Shown here: positions 19,322 through 27,368 of the stretch, piece after piece
Position numbering within the stretch: position 1 is the first letter of the stretch
Layout: the number at the start of each line of letters is the position of its first letter
Assembly: GCA_038317095.1 (NCBI GenBank)
Contig: JBBQBB010000009.1
Location: 4,956 to 68,955, forward strand
Source of the DNA: Bacteroidia bacterium
GTDB taxonomy: Bacteria; Bacteroidota; Bacteroidia; NS11-12g; UBA955
Direction: 5' to 3'
DNA: 64,000 nt
Notes under the pieces: generated by a model
What the model saw: only the letters and a program-made list of their open reading frames with translations
Told to the model about the DNA's origin: nothing
Database searches by the model: none
Made by a program: the position numbers and the translations under genes

Positions 19322-20434
19322 ATGTTTCAAATCCATCTTGTAAATAGTGGCACTGATATCAGCGATTTTCATGCAGTTGCAGATTTAGTCTATGCGGATG
19401 ATCCAGAATATATTTATCCGCTTTACAATGATATAGAGGAAGTGTTTGACTCCAAAAAAAATCCAGCATTTATAGAGGGTGAAGCCATTCGATTTTTATT
19501 AAAAGAAAATGGCAAGTCTGTAGCCAGAAGTGCAGTTTTTTATCAAAACCGACCCGATGGTTCTAAAATGGGTGGGTTGGGTTTCTTTGAATGTATTCCA
19601 AATCCGATCGCGGCTTTTGCGGTCTTTGATTTTTGTGTTGCTTGGCTAAAAGATAAAGGGTGCAGTTACATGGATGGCCCTGTTAATTTTGGGGATAGAG
19701 ATAGTTTTTGGGGTTTGCTCGTAGAATGCCATACTTATCCATCGTATAGAGAAAATTACCAACCCAAATATTACCGCGCGTTTTTCGAAGATTTCGGTTT
19801 TGAAAAAATTATTGAACAGAGTACATCCGATATTACAGAAACGGAATTCAATCTCGAAAGGTTCGGCAAGCTGGCAAGCCGGGTTCTCCAAAATCCCAAA
19901 TACAGCTTTAGGCTTTTGGACTTTAAACAAATAGATAAGTTTGCACAAGATTTTGTTTCTATCTACAATCAAGCATGGCATCACCATGAGGATTTTAAAC
20001 CATTGACACTGGAAAAAATGCAAGATCGGTTGAAGCAGATTAAGCCCGCCATTGACCCAGATTATGCCATTTTTGCCTATGCCGATGAAAAACCCATAGG
20101 TTTTTACATTAGTATTTTGGAAGTGAACCAAGTCTTTAAAAGATTTAAAGGCAAATTGAATTTATGGAACAAATTACAATTCCTGTATTACCGAAGGTTT
20201 ATCAATAAAGTACGCGGTATTGTTTTTGGCGTAATCCCAGAATACCACAATTTGGGCATTGAAACGGGTATGATTATGAAATTTCACGACAGTTTTAAGT
20301 TGTCAAGCGGACGAATAAAGGTGGCAGAATTGGCCTGGATTGGCGACTTTAATGCAAAAATGCTGAGCATGTTAAAATCTTTAGGCGCCCGCACCACTAA
20401 GGTTCACTTCACATATAGAAAAAATTTCAATTAA
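19322..20434 (+). CDS. YghO-like tandem-GNAT acyltransferase
   Basis: YPLYNDIEEVF..KNP, GFFEC, MDGPVNFGDRD..GLL, FGVIPEYHNLG, LAWIGDFN. Track start is 19304. Confidence 0.85.
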   Translation: MFQIHLVNSGTDISDFHAVADLVYADDPEYIYPLYNDIEEVFDSKKNPAFIEGEAIRFLLKENGKSVARSAVFYQNRPDGSKMGGLGFFECIPNPIAAFAVFDFCVAWLKDKGCSYMDGPVNFGDRDSFWGLLVECHTYPSYRENYQPKYYRAFFEDFGFEKIIEQSTSDITETEFNLERFGKLASRVLQNPKYSFRLLDFKQIDKFAQDFVSIYNQAWHHHEDFKPLTLEKMQDRLKQIKPAIDPDYAIFAYADEKPIGFYISILEVNQVFKRFKGKLNLWNKLQFLYYRRFINKVRGIVFGVIPEYHNLGIETGMIMKFHDSFKLSSGRIKVAELAWIGDFNAKMLSMLKSLGARTTKVHFTYRKNFN

Positions 20435-20460
20435 TTTTTTGTTCTTAATTGAGGAAAACT

Positions 20461-20468
20461 TACCTTTG
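20461..20468 (+). promoter_or_regulatory. -7 promoter (TACCTTTG) for the tRNA-Lys transcript
   Basis: TAnnTTTG with a TTTG (-33-like) element near 20438-20441, followed by GCAGTCCC as in Bacteroidetes stable-RNA promoters. Confidence 0.7.
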
Positions 20469-20523
20469 CAGTCCCGTTAACAAAACGGGTCGTTCTAAAA
20501 CCCACTCGCAAGAGTTAAAATTT

Positions 20524-20647
20524 GATTCCGTATCTCAGTCCCAAAGACTTCTTAAGTCTGTAAGACTTAGAATCTCGAGGGTTCACGACAATCTAATTTG
20601 CCCAAAGCATATAAGATTCGTCGGGATTGGCAGAGTAAAGAATCACC
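20524..20647 (+). pseudogene. Disrupted tRNA-Lys copy with an 88-nt hairpin insertion in the D-loop
   Basis: 20524-20539 matches tRNA-Lys 20701-20716 at 15/16. After the insert (20540-20627), 20628-20638 matches 20717-20727 at 9/11. GAATCACC at 20640-20647 can close an acceptor-like stem. Anticodon and T arms are absent. Confidence 0.7.
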
Positions 20648-20700
20648 CGTTCTGAAAATAACTCGCAAGAGTGAAAATGTTCTCGTAATGAGAAAAATAT

Positions 20701-20776
20701 GATTCCGTAGCTCAGTTGGTAGAGCAATACACTTTTAATGTATGGGTCCTGGGTTCGAGTCCCAGCGGGATCACCA
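20701..20776 (+). tRNA. tRNA-Lys (TTT)
   Basis: GATTCCGTAGCTCAGTTGGTAGAGC...CTTTTAA anticodon loop...GGTTCGAGTCCC...GGATCA-CCA. Confidence 0.97.
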
Positions 20777-20798
20777 ATTAATTTCAGCATTCATATCT

Positions 20799-20832
20799 AA
20801 ATGCCTCATAATCAACGTTATGAGGCATTTTC
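20799..20832 (+). terminator. Hairpin/terminator after tRNA-Lys
   Basis: AAATGCCTCATAA-tcaacg-TTATGAGGCATTT inverted repeat followed by T-rich sequence. Confidence 0.6.
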
Positions 20833-20876
20833 ATTTTCAGGATTTCTCAGTTTAGCTCCGTTTTGGCATAGTTTTG

Positions 20877-20939
20877 TTACACCAATTTTTAACCAAGGCA
20901 AAAGTTTCCGATGGTAACATACAGAATTACAGACACTTA
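20877..20939 (+). repeat. 63-bp direct repeat, copy 1
   Basis: TTACACCAATTTTTAACCAAGG...ACAGACACTTA, identical to 21709-21771. Confidence 0.9.
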
Positions 20940-21129
20940 TACAAAAGAGGATTCATCTTAGAGGCTACGAAATCGTTTAAAAACTTGGATATACTCGTCC
21001 AAGGCAGGTAATAATGAACACTTATTCGCTATATAACCTTGAATTCCAATAACTTTTTATATTGTTTTGCGATTTGGGATTATTATACTATTATTGCCAA
21101 AACAATCCATTATTTTACTTTAAAAATCT

Positions 21130-21309
21130 ATGCTAAAAAAATTCAATATGCCAGAACTAGTCATTCTAGCAACGATAGTAGCCCTAATTTTTATTTCTGA
21201 GTACTATTATCTTTTTTTAAATGATCCTATGAGAGCTATTTTTATTGGATTATGGCCGCCAACAATGATTGGTTTGCTGATATATATAAACTTGAAGAAA
21301 AAACAATAA
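21130..21309 (+). CDS. 59-aa two-TM membrane protein (not in ORF track)
   Basis: Manual translation MLKKFNMPELVILATIVALIFISEYYYLFLNDPMRAIFIGLWPPTMIGLLIYINLKKKQ; A-rich TAAAA upstream of the ATG. Confidence 0.75.
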   Translation: MLKKFNMPELVILATIVALIFISEYYYLFLNDPMRAIFIGLWPPTMIGLLIYINLKKKQ

Positions 21310-21314
21310 GGGCT

Positions 21315-21458
21315 ATGGACAATCTTGATATAATCTTACTAACCGTTTTAGTTGTCATTTCTTATGTTGCTTTTATCGGTTTAACGGCTAGAGAATTTAA
21401 TAAAATGTCTAAAAACTCGGATCAATTGGGAAAAGAAAAAGGCACTGATCCAAATTAA
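21315..21458 (+). CDS. 47-aa single-TM protein
   Basis: MDNLDIILLTVLVVISYVAFIGLTAREFNKM...; ATG lies 5 nt after the previous stop (track start 21252). Confidence 0.7.
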   Translation: MDNLDIILLTVLVVISYVAFIGLTAREFNKMSKNSDQLGKEKGTDPN

Positions 21459-21708
21459 ACGAAATCAACAACTTCATTTTTTTATATTACTGTGCGATAT
21501 TTATGTAATTTAATTTTTTTAAATTACAAATGTAGTGACTATAAATGGGCCAAAAAAAAGACCCTTAATTGTCCTCTGAACAAAACGTTTTCTGAAGGCT
21601 TTTACATCGGAATATTTGGTAACATCTTACAAATGAAATTCATTGAAGTTACAGACGTCACTGCCACGATGACAGCGACTAAAGGCAATTATCGCAGCAA
21701 AGCCTATT

Positions 21709-21771
21709 TTACACCAATTTTTAACCAAGGCAAAAGTTTCCGATGGTAACATACAGAATTACAGACACTTA
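21709..21771 (+). repeat. 63-bp direct repeat, copy 2
   Basis: Identical to 20877-20939 and immediately upstream of the attR-like site. Confidence 0.9.
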
Positions 21772-21805
21772 AATAAAAGCAGATACGTCCCAGCAGGATC
21801 ACAAC

Positions 21806-21834
21806 AAAAAAACACGCTGCAAGCGTGTTTTTTT
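21806..21834 (+). terminator. Intrinsic terminator, probably the original tRNA terminator displaced by the islet
   Basis: AAAAAAACACGCT-gca-AGCGTGTTTTTTT directly after the attR-like copy. Confidence 0.8.
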
Positions 21835-21959
21835 GTTTAAAAGGTGCCCCCAACAGGCGGTATAATTTAATTGCTTTAAAAATTATCCAAAATGAATCTT
21901 ATTTTTCAAAATGATAGATTCAATAAATACATTACATTGCAGCATCAAAATACACTTCC

Positions 21960-23336
21960 ATGAATGAATATTTTCCTATGGTTATTAAAGTAAAACAGTT
22001 TTTCGCAACGGGCAAAACCTTGTCTGTTGAATTTCGTAAACAGCAACTGCTAGGGTTAAAGCAGGCGATTTTGAAAAATGAGGAGAACATTTACCAAGCC
22101 TTATTTTCCGACTTAAAGAAAAGCAAAGAAGAGGCTTGGATTACCGAAATTGGTTTTGTTTTAAATGAAATAAACGTTGCACTGAAAAATTTAGATCACT
22201 GGGCAAAATCCAAGAAGGTGAGTACCAATTTAATCAACCTTCCATCTTCTAGTTCAGTGCATTCCGAACCCATTGGTGCGGTTTTGGTTATCGCCCCTTG
22301 GAATTATCCTTTTCAATTGCTGTTTGCTCCGCTTGTAGGTGCCATTGCGGCAGGTAATTGTTGTGTACTCAAGCCTAGTGAATTGGCTCCCCATACATCG
22401 GCCATAATGCATAAAATAATTGAGGCAGCTTTTCCGAAAGAGTATGTTTTGTTGCTCGAAGGGGAAGGGCATGAGCTAATTCCAAATCTGATCCATGCGG
22501 ATTTGGTAGATTGTGTTTTTTTTACCGGTAGTTCTAAAATTGGCAAGCTAGTTTACAACATGGCTGCCGAGCATTTGTTGCCCGTTACTTTAGAGTTGGG
22601 TGGCAAAAGTCCTTGTGTAATTGATGCAAGTGCAGATATAAAAATTGCCGCCAAACGCATTGCCATTGCCAAATTTAGCAATTGTGGTCAAATGTGCGTA
22701 GCTCCAGATTATTTGCTGGTTCACAGCAGTGTAAAAGAGCTTTTTATAAAAGAAATTATACATTGTATAAAATTATTTTTTGGTGAAAATGATTCCAACA
22801 ATTATCAATATGGTAAAATTATCAATGAAAAACATTTCGACCGTTTGGCGGGCTTTTTGAAAAGTGGGAACGTTTTGCACGGCGGCAATACAAATAGAGA
22901 AACGCTGTATTTTGAACCCACGGTTTTGGATGCTGTAGATTTAAATAGTGAACTGATGCAAGAAGAAATTTTTGGGCCAATACTCCCGATTATTTCTTAT
23001 TTAGCGGATGAAGAAGCCATGTTATTGATTAAAAAACACCCAAATCCTTTGGCTTTTTATATTTTTTCTGCTTTCAGTGAATCACAAAAAACATGGTTAA
23101 AAAATGTGCCATCTGGCGGGGCCTGCATTAACAATGCAAGTTGGCATCTCACCAATCCCAATTTGCCTTTCGGCGGAAGGGGATTTAGCGGAATTGGCAA
23201 ATACCATGGTCAATTTTCTTTTCAAACGTTCAGTCATTTTAAGGCCATATTAAAAACGCCCACTTGGTTCGATCCTGCTTTTAAATACCCACCATTTAAA
23301 GGAAAGTTGAAATGGTTTAAAAAAATATTGGGGTAA
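21960..23336 (+). CDS. Aldehyde dehydrogenase (ALDH3-like)
   Basis: APWNYP, FFTGS, LELGGKSP, catalytic Cys in GQMCVAPDY, EEIFGP, PFGG. Confidence 0.96.
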   Translation: MNEYFPMVIKVKQFFATGKTLSVEFRKQQLLGLKQAILKNEENIYQALFSDLKKSKEEAWITEIGFVLNEINVALKNLDHWAKSKKVSTNLINLPSSSSVHSEPIGAVLVIAPWNYPFQLLFAPLVGAIAAGNCCVLKPSELAPHTSAIMHKIIEAAFPKEYVLLLEGEGHELIPNLIHADLVDCVFFTGSSKIGKLVYNMAAEHLLPVTLELGGKSPCVIDASADIKIAAKRIAIAKFSNCGQMCVAPDYLLVHSSVKELFIKEIIHCIKLFFGENDSNNYQYGKIINEKHFDRLAGFLKSGNVLHGGNTNRETLYFEPTVLDAVDLNSELMQEEIFGPILPIISYLADEEAMLLIKKHPNPLAFYIFSAFSESQKTWLKNVPSGGACINNASWHLTNPNLPFGGRGFSGIGKYHGQFSFQTFSHFKAILKTPTWFDPAFKYPPFKGKLKWFKKILG

Positions 23337-23394
23337 AAAAGAAATTATTTCATTTGCTGAAATTTTTCTCTCATTTTTTCTGTAATTTGCATTT

Positions 23395-24156
23395 ATGTTT
23401 TTCTTCTTCTCAAAACTATTTACCATTCTCATACGTCCGCTATTTTGGATCGTAGTTTTAGGGGCTTGGTCGCTTTTTACCAAAAATACCAAAAGAAAGA
23501 AGAGACTTACGATTTTAGTAATTTGTCTGGCATTTTTTTGTTCCAACAAAGTAATTGTGAATGAATTTTCCCTTTTGTATGAATCTAAGGTTGAAATATT
23601 GGATAGAAATCATCCGAGAACTGCTGTTGTTTTAGGGGGATTTGCAGAATACGATGGGGGCCGCAAACGTGTGCAAATGGCCATGGCAGCCGAAAGAATG
23701 TTCGAGGCTTACCGTTTGTATAAAAACCATACATTAGACACACTCATCATAAGTGGCGGCGCGGCTAGTCTTACCAGCAATCAAAAGCCAGAAAGCCAAT
23801 ACATTCGGAAATATTTAATCGATTTGGGCATGGATTCAACGGTAATTCTCATTGATACAGGTTCTAAAAATACCTTTGAAAACGCAGTCCAGACCAAAAA
23901 AATATTGGTTAGGCAAAATCATAAGGCTCCTGTTCTATTAATTACCAGTGCAATGCATATGCCCAGGGCAAAAAGGGTGTTTTCAAAAGTTGGAATTTTA
24001 GCTCAACCATATCCTGTCAATTTTTTATCTGATTTGGGTCGTGGCTATGTTATAGGAGATTATCTTATGCCATCATCAGAAGCATTATACCATTTTGATG
24101 CTTTGATAAAAGAATGGGTGGGTTTGATAGTATATAAACTGACGGGTAAAGCCTAG
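23395..24156 (+). CDS. YdcF/ElyC/SanA (DUF218) family membrane protein
   Basis: VVLGG, IISGG, SKNTFENA, LITSAMHMPRA, KEWVG. Confidence 0.92.
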   Translation: MFFFFSKLFTILIRPLFWIVVLGAWSLFTKNTKRKKRLTILVICLAFFCSNKVIVNEFSLLYESKVEILDRNHPRTAVVLGGFAEYDGGRKRVQMAMAAERMFEAYRLYKNHTLDTLIISGGAASLTSNQKPESQYIRKYLIDLGMDSTVILIDTGSKNTFENAVQTKKILVRQNHKAPVLLITSAMHMPRAKRVFSKVGILAQPYPVNFLSDLGRGYVIGDYLMPSSEALYHFDALIKEWVGLIVYKLTGKA

Positions 24157-25559
24157 AAATCCAAATAAATAAAGGGCAGGCTATCCATGCCAGTAATTTG
24201 GTAGGCCATAAAAATGGTAGCAACCAATAAAATCGACAATAACGGGGCAGGTAGTTTTTCAAACCAAGTTATCAAATCATCGTAAATAATTTGCAACACA
24301 AATTGAAATAGGAAAGAACCCAAAATAATGGCAAAAACCCATGGATAATTTTGCATCCATTTTCCGAAAAAATGCAATTCGGGTTTGTTGAATATATAGG
24401 TCAACATGGCCACTCCTGATTGAATGCTATCCGCCTTAAAAAAGATACCGCTTAAGGCCAAAAACAAAAAGGTTAGCACAAAAGACATGATGTGATATGG
24501 ATAATTGGGAATTCGTTTTTTTAAACCCTCTCTTAAACGCACGGTCAAAATATCCCAACTTAAAGCTATGCCATGCAGCATGCCCCAAAAGGTATAATGC
24601 AGCTTGGTGCCATGCCAAAAACCACTGACAATAAACGTAATCATTACTGCCAAAACCGTACCGTATTGTTTGAGTCTGCGAAACGAAAAAGCGAGTGGAA
24701 AATACAAATATTCATTCAACCATTTAGACAAACTCATATGCCAACGTCGCCAATATTCTGAGATGTTCTGAGAAACATAGGGGAAATTAAAATTGGCAAC
24801 AATATCAATACCCAACAACAAAGAAATACCGATAATAAAATCTGTATAACCGCTAAAATCGAAGTAAACCACTAGGGCTTGCCCAAATGTAGCCATTAGA
24901 TTTTCTATACCTGTAAACAAGTGTGAGTTGTCGAAAACCCGATTCACAAAATTGATTGCCAAATAATTGGCCAATATATATTTTTTTACAATTCCGGAAA
25001 TAAGGAAAAAAATCGCTGCTCCTGTTTTAACATTCGATGCGTTAAATGGTTTTTTTATTTGGGGTAAAAAGTCGCGCGCAGGTTGAATAGGCCCAACCAA
25101 AATGAGGGGAAAATAACTCAAAAATAACAAATATTCGCTAAAATTATGTTCGGGCTCATCTATCATTTCCCTTTGCACATCCAGCACATATCCAATGCTG
25201 CGAAAAATAAAAAAGGAAACGCCTACAACCCGCGGCCATCCTTTTAAATCCGAGAATGAGAACCAATCTGAAAAATGGTTCCAAGTAAGCAAAATGCCCA
25301 AATCAATAACCAATGACAAAATCAGAAAAACCCGTTTATTAACTTCAGATTTCGATTTATAAATGCTTTTGGCAACGATAAAATCTGAAAATGCAACGAG
25401 AATTAAAATAAAAATTCCTGTTCCACTCAAGAAATAATAGAAACCAAGACTGGCGGCAAGTAGCAACCATTTCCTCGCACTTAGATTTGAAGAAAAAAAA
25501 TAATAGAAAATGTAAAAAATGGAAAAAGAAACGATAAAAAGCGATGAATTAAATTGCAT
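24153..25559 (-). CDS. MBOAT-family O-acyltransferase (AlgI/PatA/DltB-like)
   Basis: Multi-TM; GVSFFIFR, YFDFSGYTD, YWRRWHMSLS, catalytic SGFWHG. Confidence 0.95.
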   Translation of the reverse strand: MQFNSSLFIVSFSIFYIFYYFFSSNLSARKWLLLAASLGFYYFLSGTGIFILILVAFSDFIVAKSIYKSKSEVNKRVFLILSLVIDLGILLTWNHFSDWFSFSDLKGWPRVVGVSFFIFRSIGYVLDVQREMIDEPEHNFSEYLLFLSYFPLILVGPIQPARDFLPQIKKPFNASNVKTGAAIFFLISGIVKKYILANYLAINFVNRVFDNSHLFTGIENLMATFGQALVVYFDFSGYTDFIIGISLLLGIDIVANFNFPYVSQNISEYWRRWHMSLSKWLNEYLYFPLAFSFRRLKQYGTVLAVMITFIVSGFWHGTKLHYTFWGMLHGIALSWDILTVRLREGLKKRIPNYPYHIMSFVLTFLFLALSGIFFKADSIQSGVAMLTYIFNKPELHFFGKWMQNYPWVFAIILGSFLFQFVLQIIYDDLITWFEKLPAPLLSILLVATIFMAYQITGMDSLPFIYLDF

Positions 25560-25560
25560 T

Positions 25561-27351
25561 TTATTTTACTCGTAATACTTGACCTATTCTTAAACTGGTG
25601 CCTCGCATATTATTTAATCTCTGCAACGCTGTTGTGCTGGTGTTATATTTACGGGCTAAACCAAACAAAGTTTCCCCGCTTTTAACTTTGTGGTAAATGG
25701 GTTTTGGAACAACAACCGCAGGCCGTTGAACAGACGGTTTGGCTGGTAGCACTTGCGGTTTGGGTTGCACTTGCGGTTTGGGCGCAGGCGGTATTGTTTG
25801 TTTTTTAACCGTATCTTTAGGTACATTGGTTATTGGGGTAACCGGATTTTGGGGTATAGCAATTGCCACTTTATAAGGCGCATATACTTTCAACAATTGA
25901 CCAATCCATAAATAATTATTTCGCAATCGATTCCAAACTTTAATTTGGTATGCGGTAACGCCGTAATAATTGGCTACGCTAAAGATGGTTTGGCCGCGCA
26001 CTACCCTATGATAAATCCATTTGTATTGGACGGTAGTAGCCACTTGGTTTTTCAATGCTGCAGAATCTACGGGTGGGTGCGCCAGTGAATCTATGTTGTA
26101 AACCAATTTTTGGGTAGTGTCATTTGCCAATAACCATTCGTATGTTTTTTCATAGGCTTCTGCAATTAATTGGCCTTTAAGTTTATACCCTTGACCTGAA
26201 AGATGCACCAAATCGCGGTTTGAGAGCATGGAGCTGTTCCATTTTAACATCGAATACCGGCCTCCTGCAATCCAATACCAATCATAAAATGCTGTATTGT
26301 TTGCTTTGCTAAATGATGCAATAAGGTCCGAATAAACCGCACATTCTGGCAAGCTATATCCACCCCTATAAATATCTTGAGAACAACTAAAAATGATGGT
26401 TATTTCCTTATTGTATCTGCGCAAAATATCAACCATTTTAGACATATTGCTGGTAAATTCTGTTTGATTCAATCCACCACGGTAGAAATCGTTGGCTCCG
26501 ACATCAATAATTACCGCATCCGGTGCTATATAATGCAATTGTTCTTCTAGTAAATTTTCACGCAACAACGAATAAAATCCAGCTCCATTGATGCCAACAC
26601 TGTGGAATAAAACCCCTTTGTCTACTGGGTTTTCAATGCTAATGCCATAAATTTCAAATTCACTTTGCGCCGAATCGGTTTGTTGCAAGTAAAATGACAT
26701 CTCATTTTCGCCCTCTTCCAATGTTACGTCTACAACATTTACTGGCGCTGGTCCTTCTTTTTGCGCATCATAAACATCCACATTGATTTCTTGTCGGGCT
26801 GTTTTTATACGCAAATCATAACTGCTTGCATTGCGTTTACAAAATATTCTAAGTTTTCTAAATTCTGGTTTAATTGTATTTCTAAAATGCAAACGAAACG
26901 ACGCATTTTTATCATACGTTTTACTTGTAATACCGCTAGCGCCCAAACTCAAAGGAGGTAAAGCTTCTATGTTTTTGGCATAAATCCAACGGCCTGTATG
27001 GTCGGTAAAATAATCCACCGCAGCATGCGTGTGTCCGGTAGAGTAGGGAAAAACCATGCCTCGGCCGCCATAGCCAAACGTTTGTTGTAACTGCTCCCTA
27101 ACCTCCCCCGTGAATCCATCCGCTTGAACATGTGAATCGCCAATATGCAATATGGTAACGCGTTTTTTATATGCATTTTGCAACTTTTTAAAAAACGGTT
27201 CAACGGCAGATCGGTTGTAAAACTGAATGCTGTTTAATTCTGGATGTAAAAAGCTATAATTGTAATAATTGTTTGCGGGCCAAAAAGGAAACGCAGGCGC
27301 AGGGTCGCGCAGGGTAGGTGCTGCAAACAATGCAAATGCGCCCAGTGCCAA
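25561..27351 (-). CDS. SGNH/GDSL acyltransferase-hydrolase (PatB-like) with two C-terminal LysM domains
   Basis: HIGDSH, GINGA, GAND, DLVH; LysM repeats YHRVVRGQTIF... and YHKVKSGETLFGLARKY... separated by a Pro-rich linker. Confidence 0.9.
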   Translation of the reverse strand: MALGAFALFAAPTLRDPAPAFPFWPANNYYNYSFLHPELNSIQFYNRSAVEPFFKKLQNAYKKRVTILHIGDSHVQADGFTGEVREQLQQTFGYGGRGMVFPYSTGHTHAAVDYFTDHTGRWIYAKNIEALPPLSLGASGITSKTYDKNASFRLHFRNTIKPEFRKLRIFCKRNASSYDLRIKTARQEINVDVYDAQKEGPAPVNVVDVTLEEGENEMSFYLQQTDSAQSEFEIYGISIENPVDKGVLFHSVGINGAGFYSLLRENLLEEQLHYIAPDAVIIDVGANDFYRGGLNQTEFTSNMSKMVDILRRYNKEITIIFSCSQDIYRGGYSLPECAVYSDLIASFSKANNTAFYDWYWIAGGRYSMLKWNSSMLSNRDLVHLSGQGYKLKGQLIAEAYEKTYEWLLANDTTQKLVYNIDSLAHPPVDSAALKNQVATTVQYKWIYHRVVRGQTIFSVANYYGVTAYQIKVWNRLRNNYLWIGQLLKVYAPYKVAIAIPQNPVTPITNVPKDTVKKQTIPPAPKPQVQPKPQVLPAKPSVQRPAVVVPKPIYHKVKSGETLFGLARKYNTSTTALQRLNNMRGTSLRIGQVLRVK

Positions 27352-27368
27352 TATGGATGTAAAATGTT

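Larger units (their letters stand above)
20777..21802. mobile_element. ~1 kb genomic islet remnant at the tRNA-Lys 3' end
   Basis: attR-like GTCCCAGCAGGATCAC (21787-21802) matches the tRNA 3' end 20759-20774 at 15/16. No integrase is present. Confidence 0.65.

Noticed and set aside
20540-20627. Insert as a self-splicing tRNA intron
   Set aside because: It is too short for a group I/II core, and removing it would not restore a tRNA because the anticodon and T arms are missing.
20449-20790. ORFs 20449..20655 (+) and 20593..20790 (-)
   Set aside because: They overlap the tRNA promoter, the hairpin insert and tRNA-Lys, and have no protein features.
21492-21749. 85-aa ORF inside the islet
   Set aside because: It has a GTG start, no recognisable motif and runs through the 63-bp repeat; I cannot support it.
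20877-21771. 63-bp repeats as a CRISPR array
   Set aside because: There are only two copies ~830 bp apart, they are too long, and there are no cas genes.
25740-25795. Short repeat ACTTGCGGTTTGGG in the SGNH-LysM gene
   Set aside because: It encodes the PKPQV Pro-rich linker, an ordinary low-complexity spacer.
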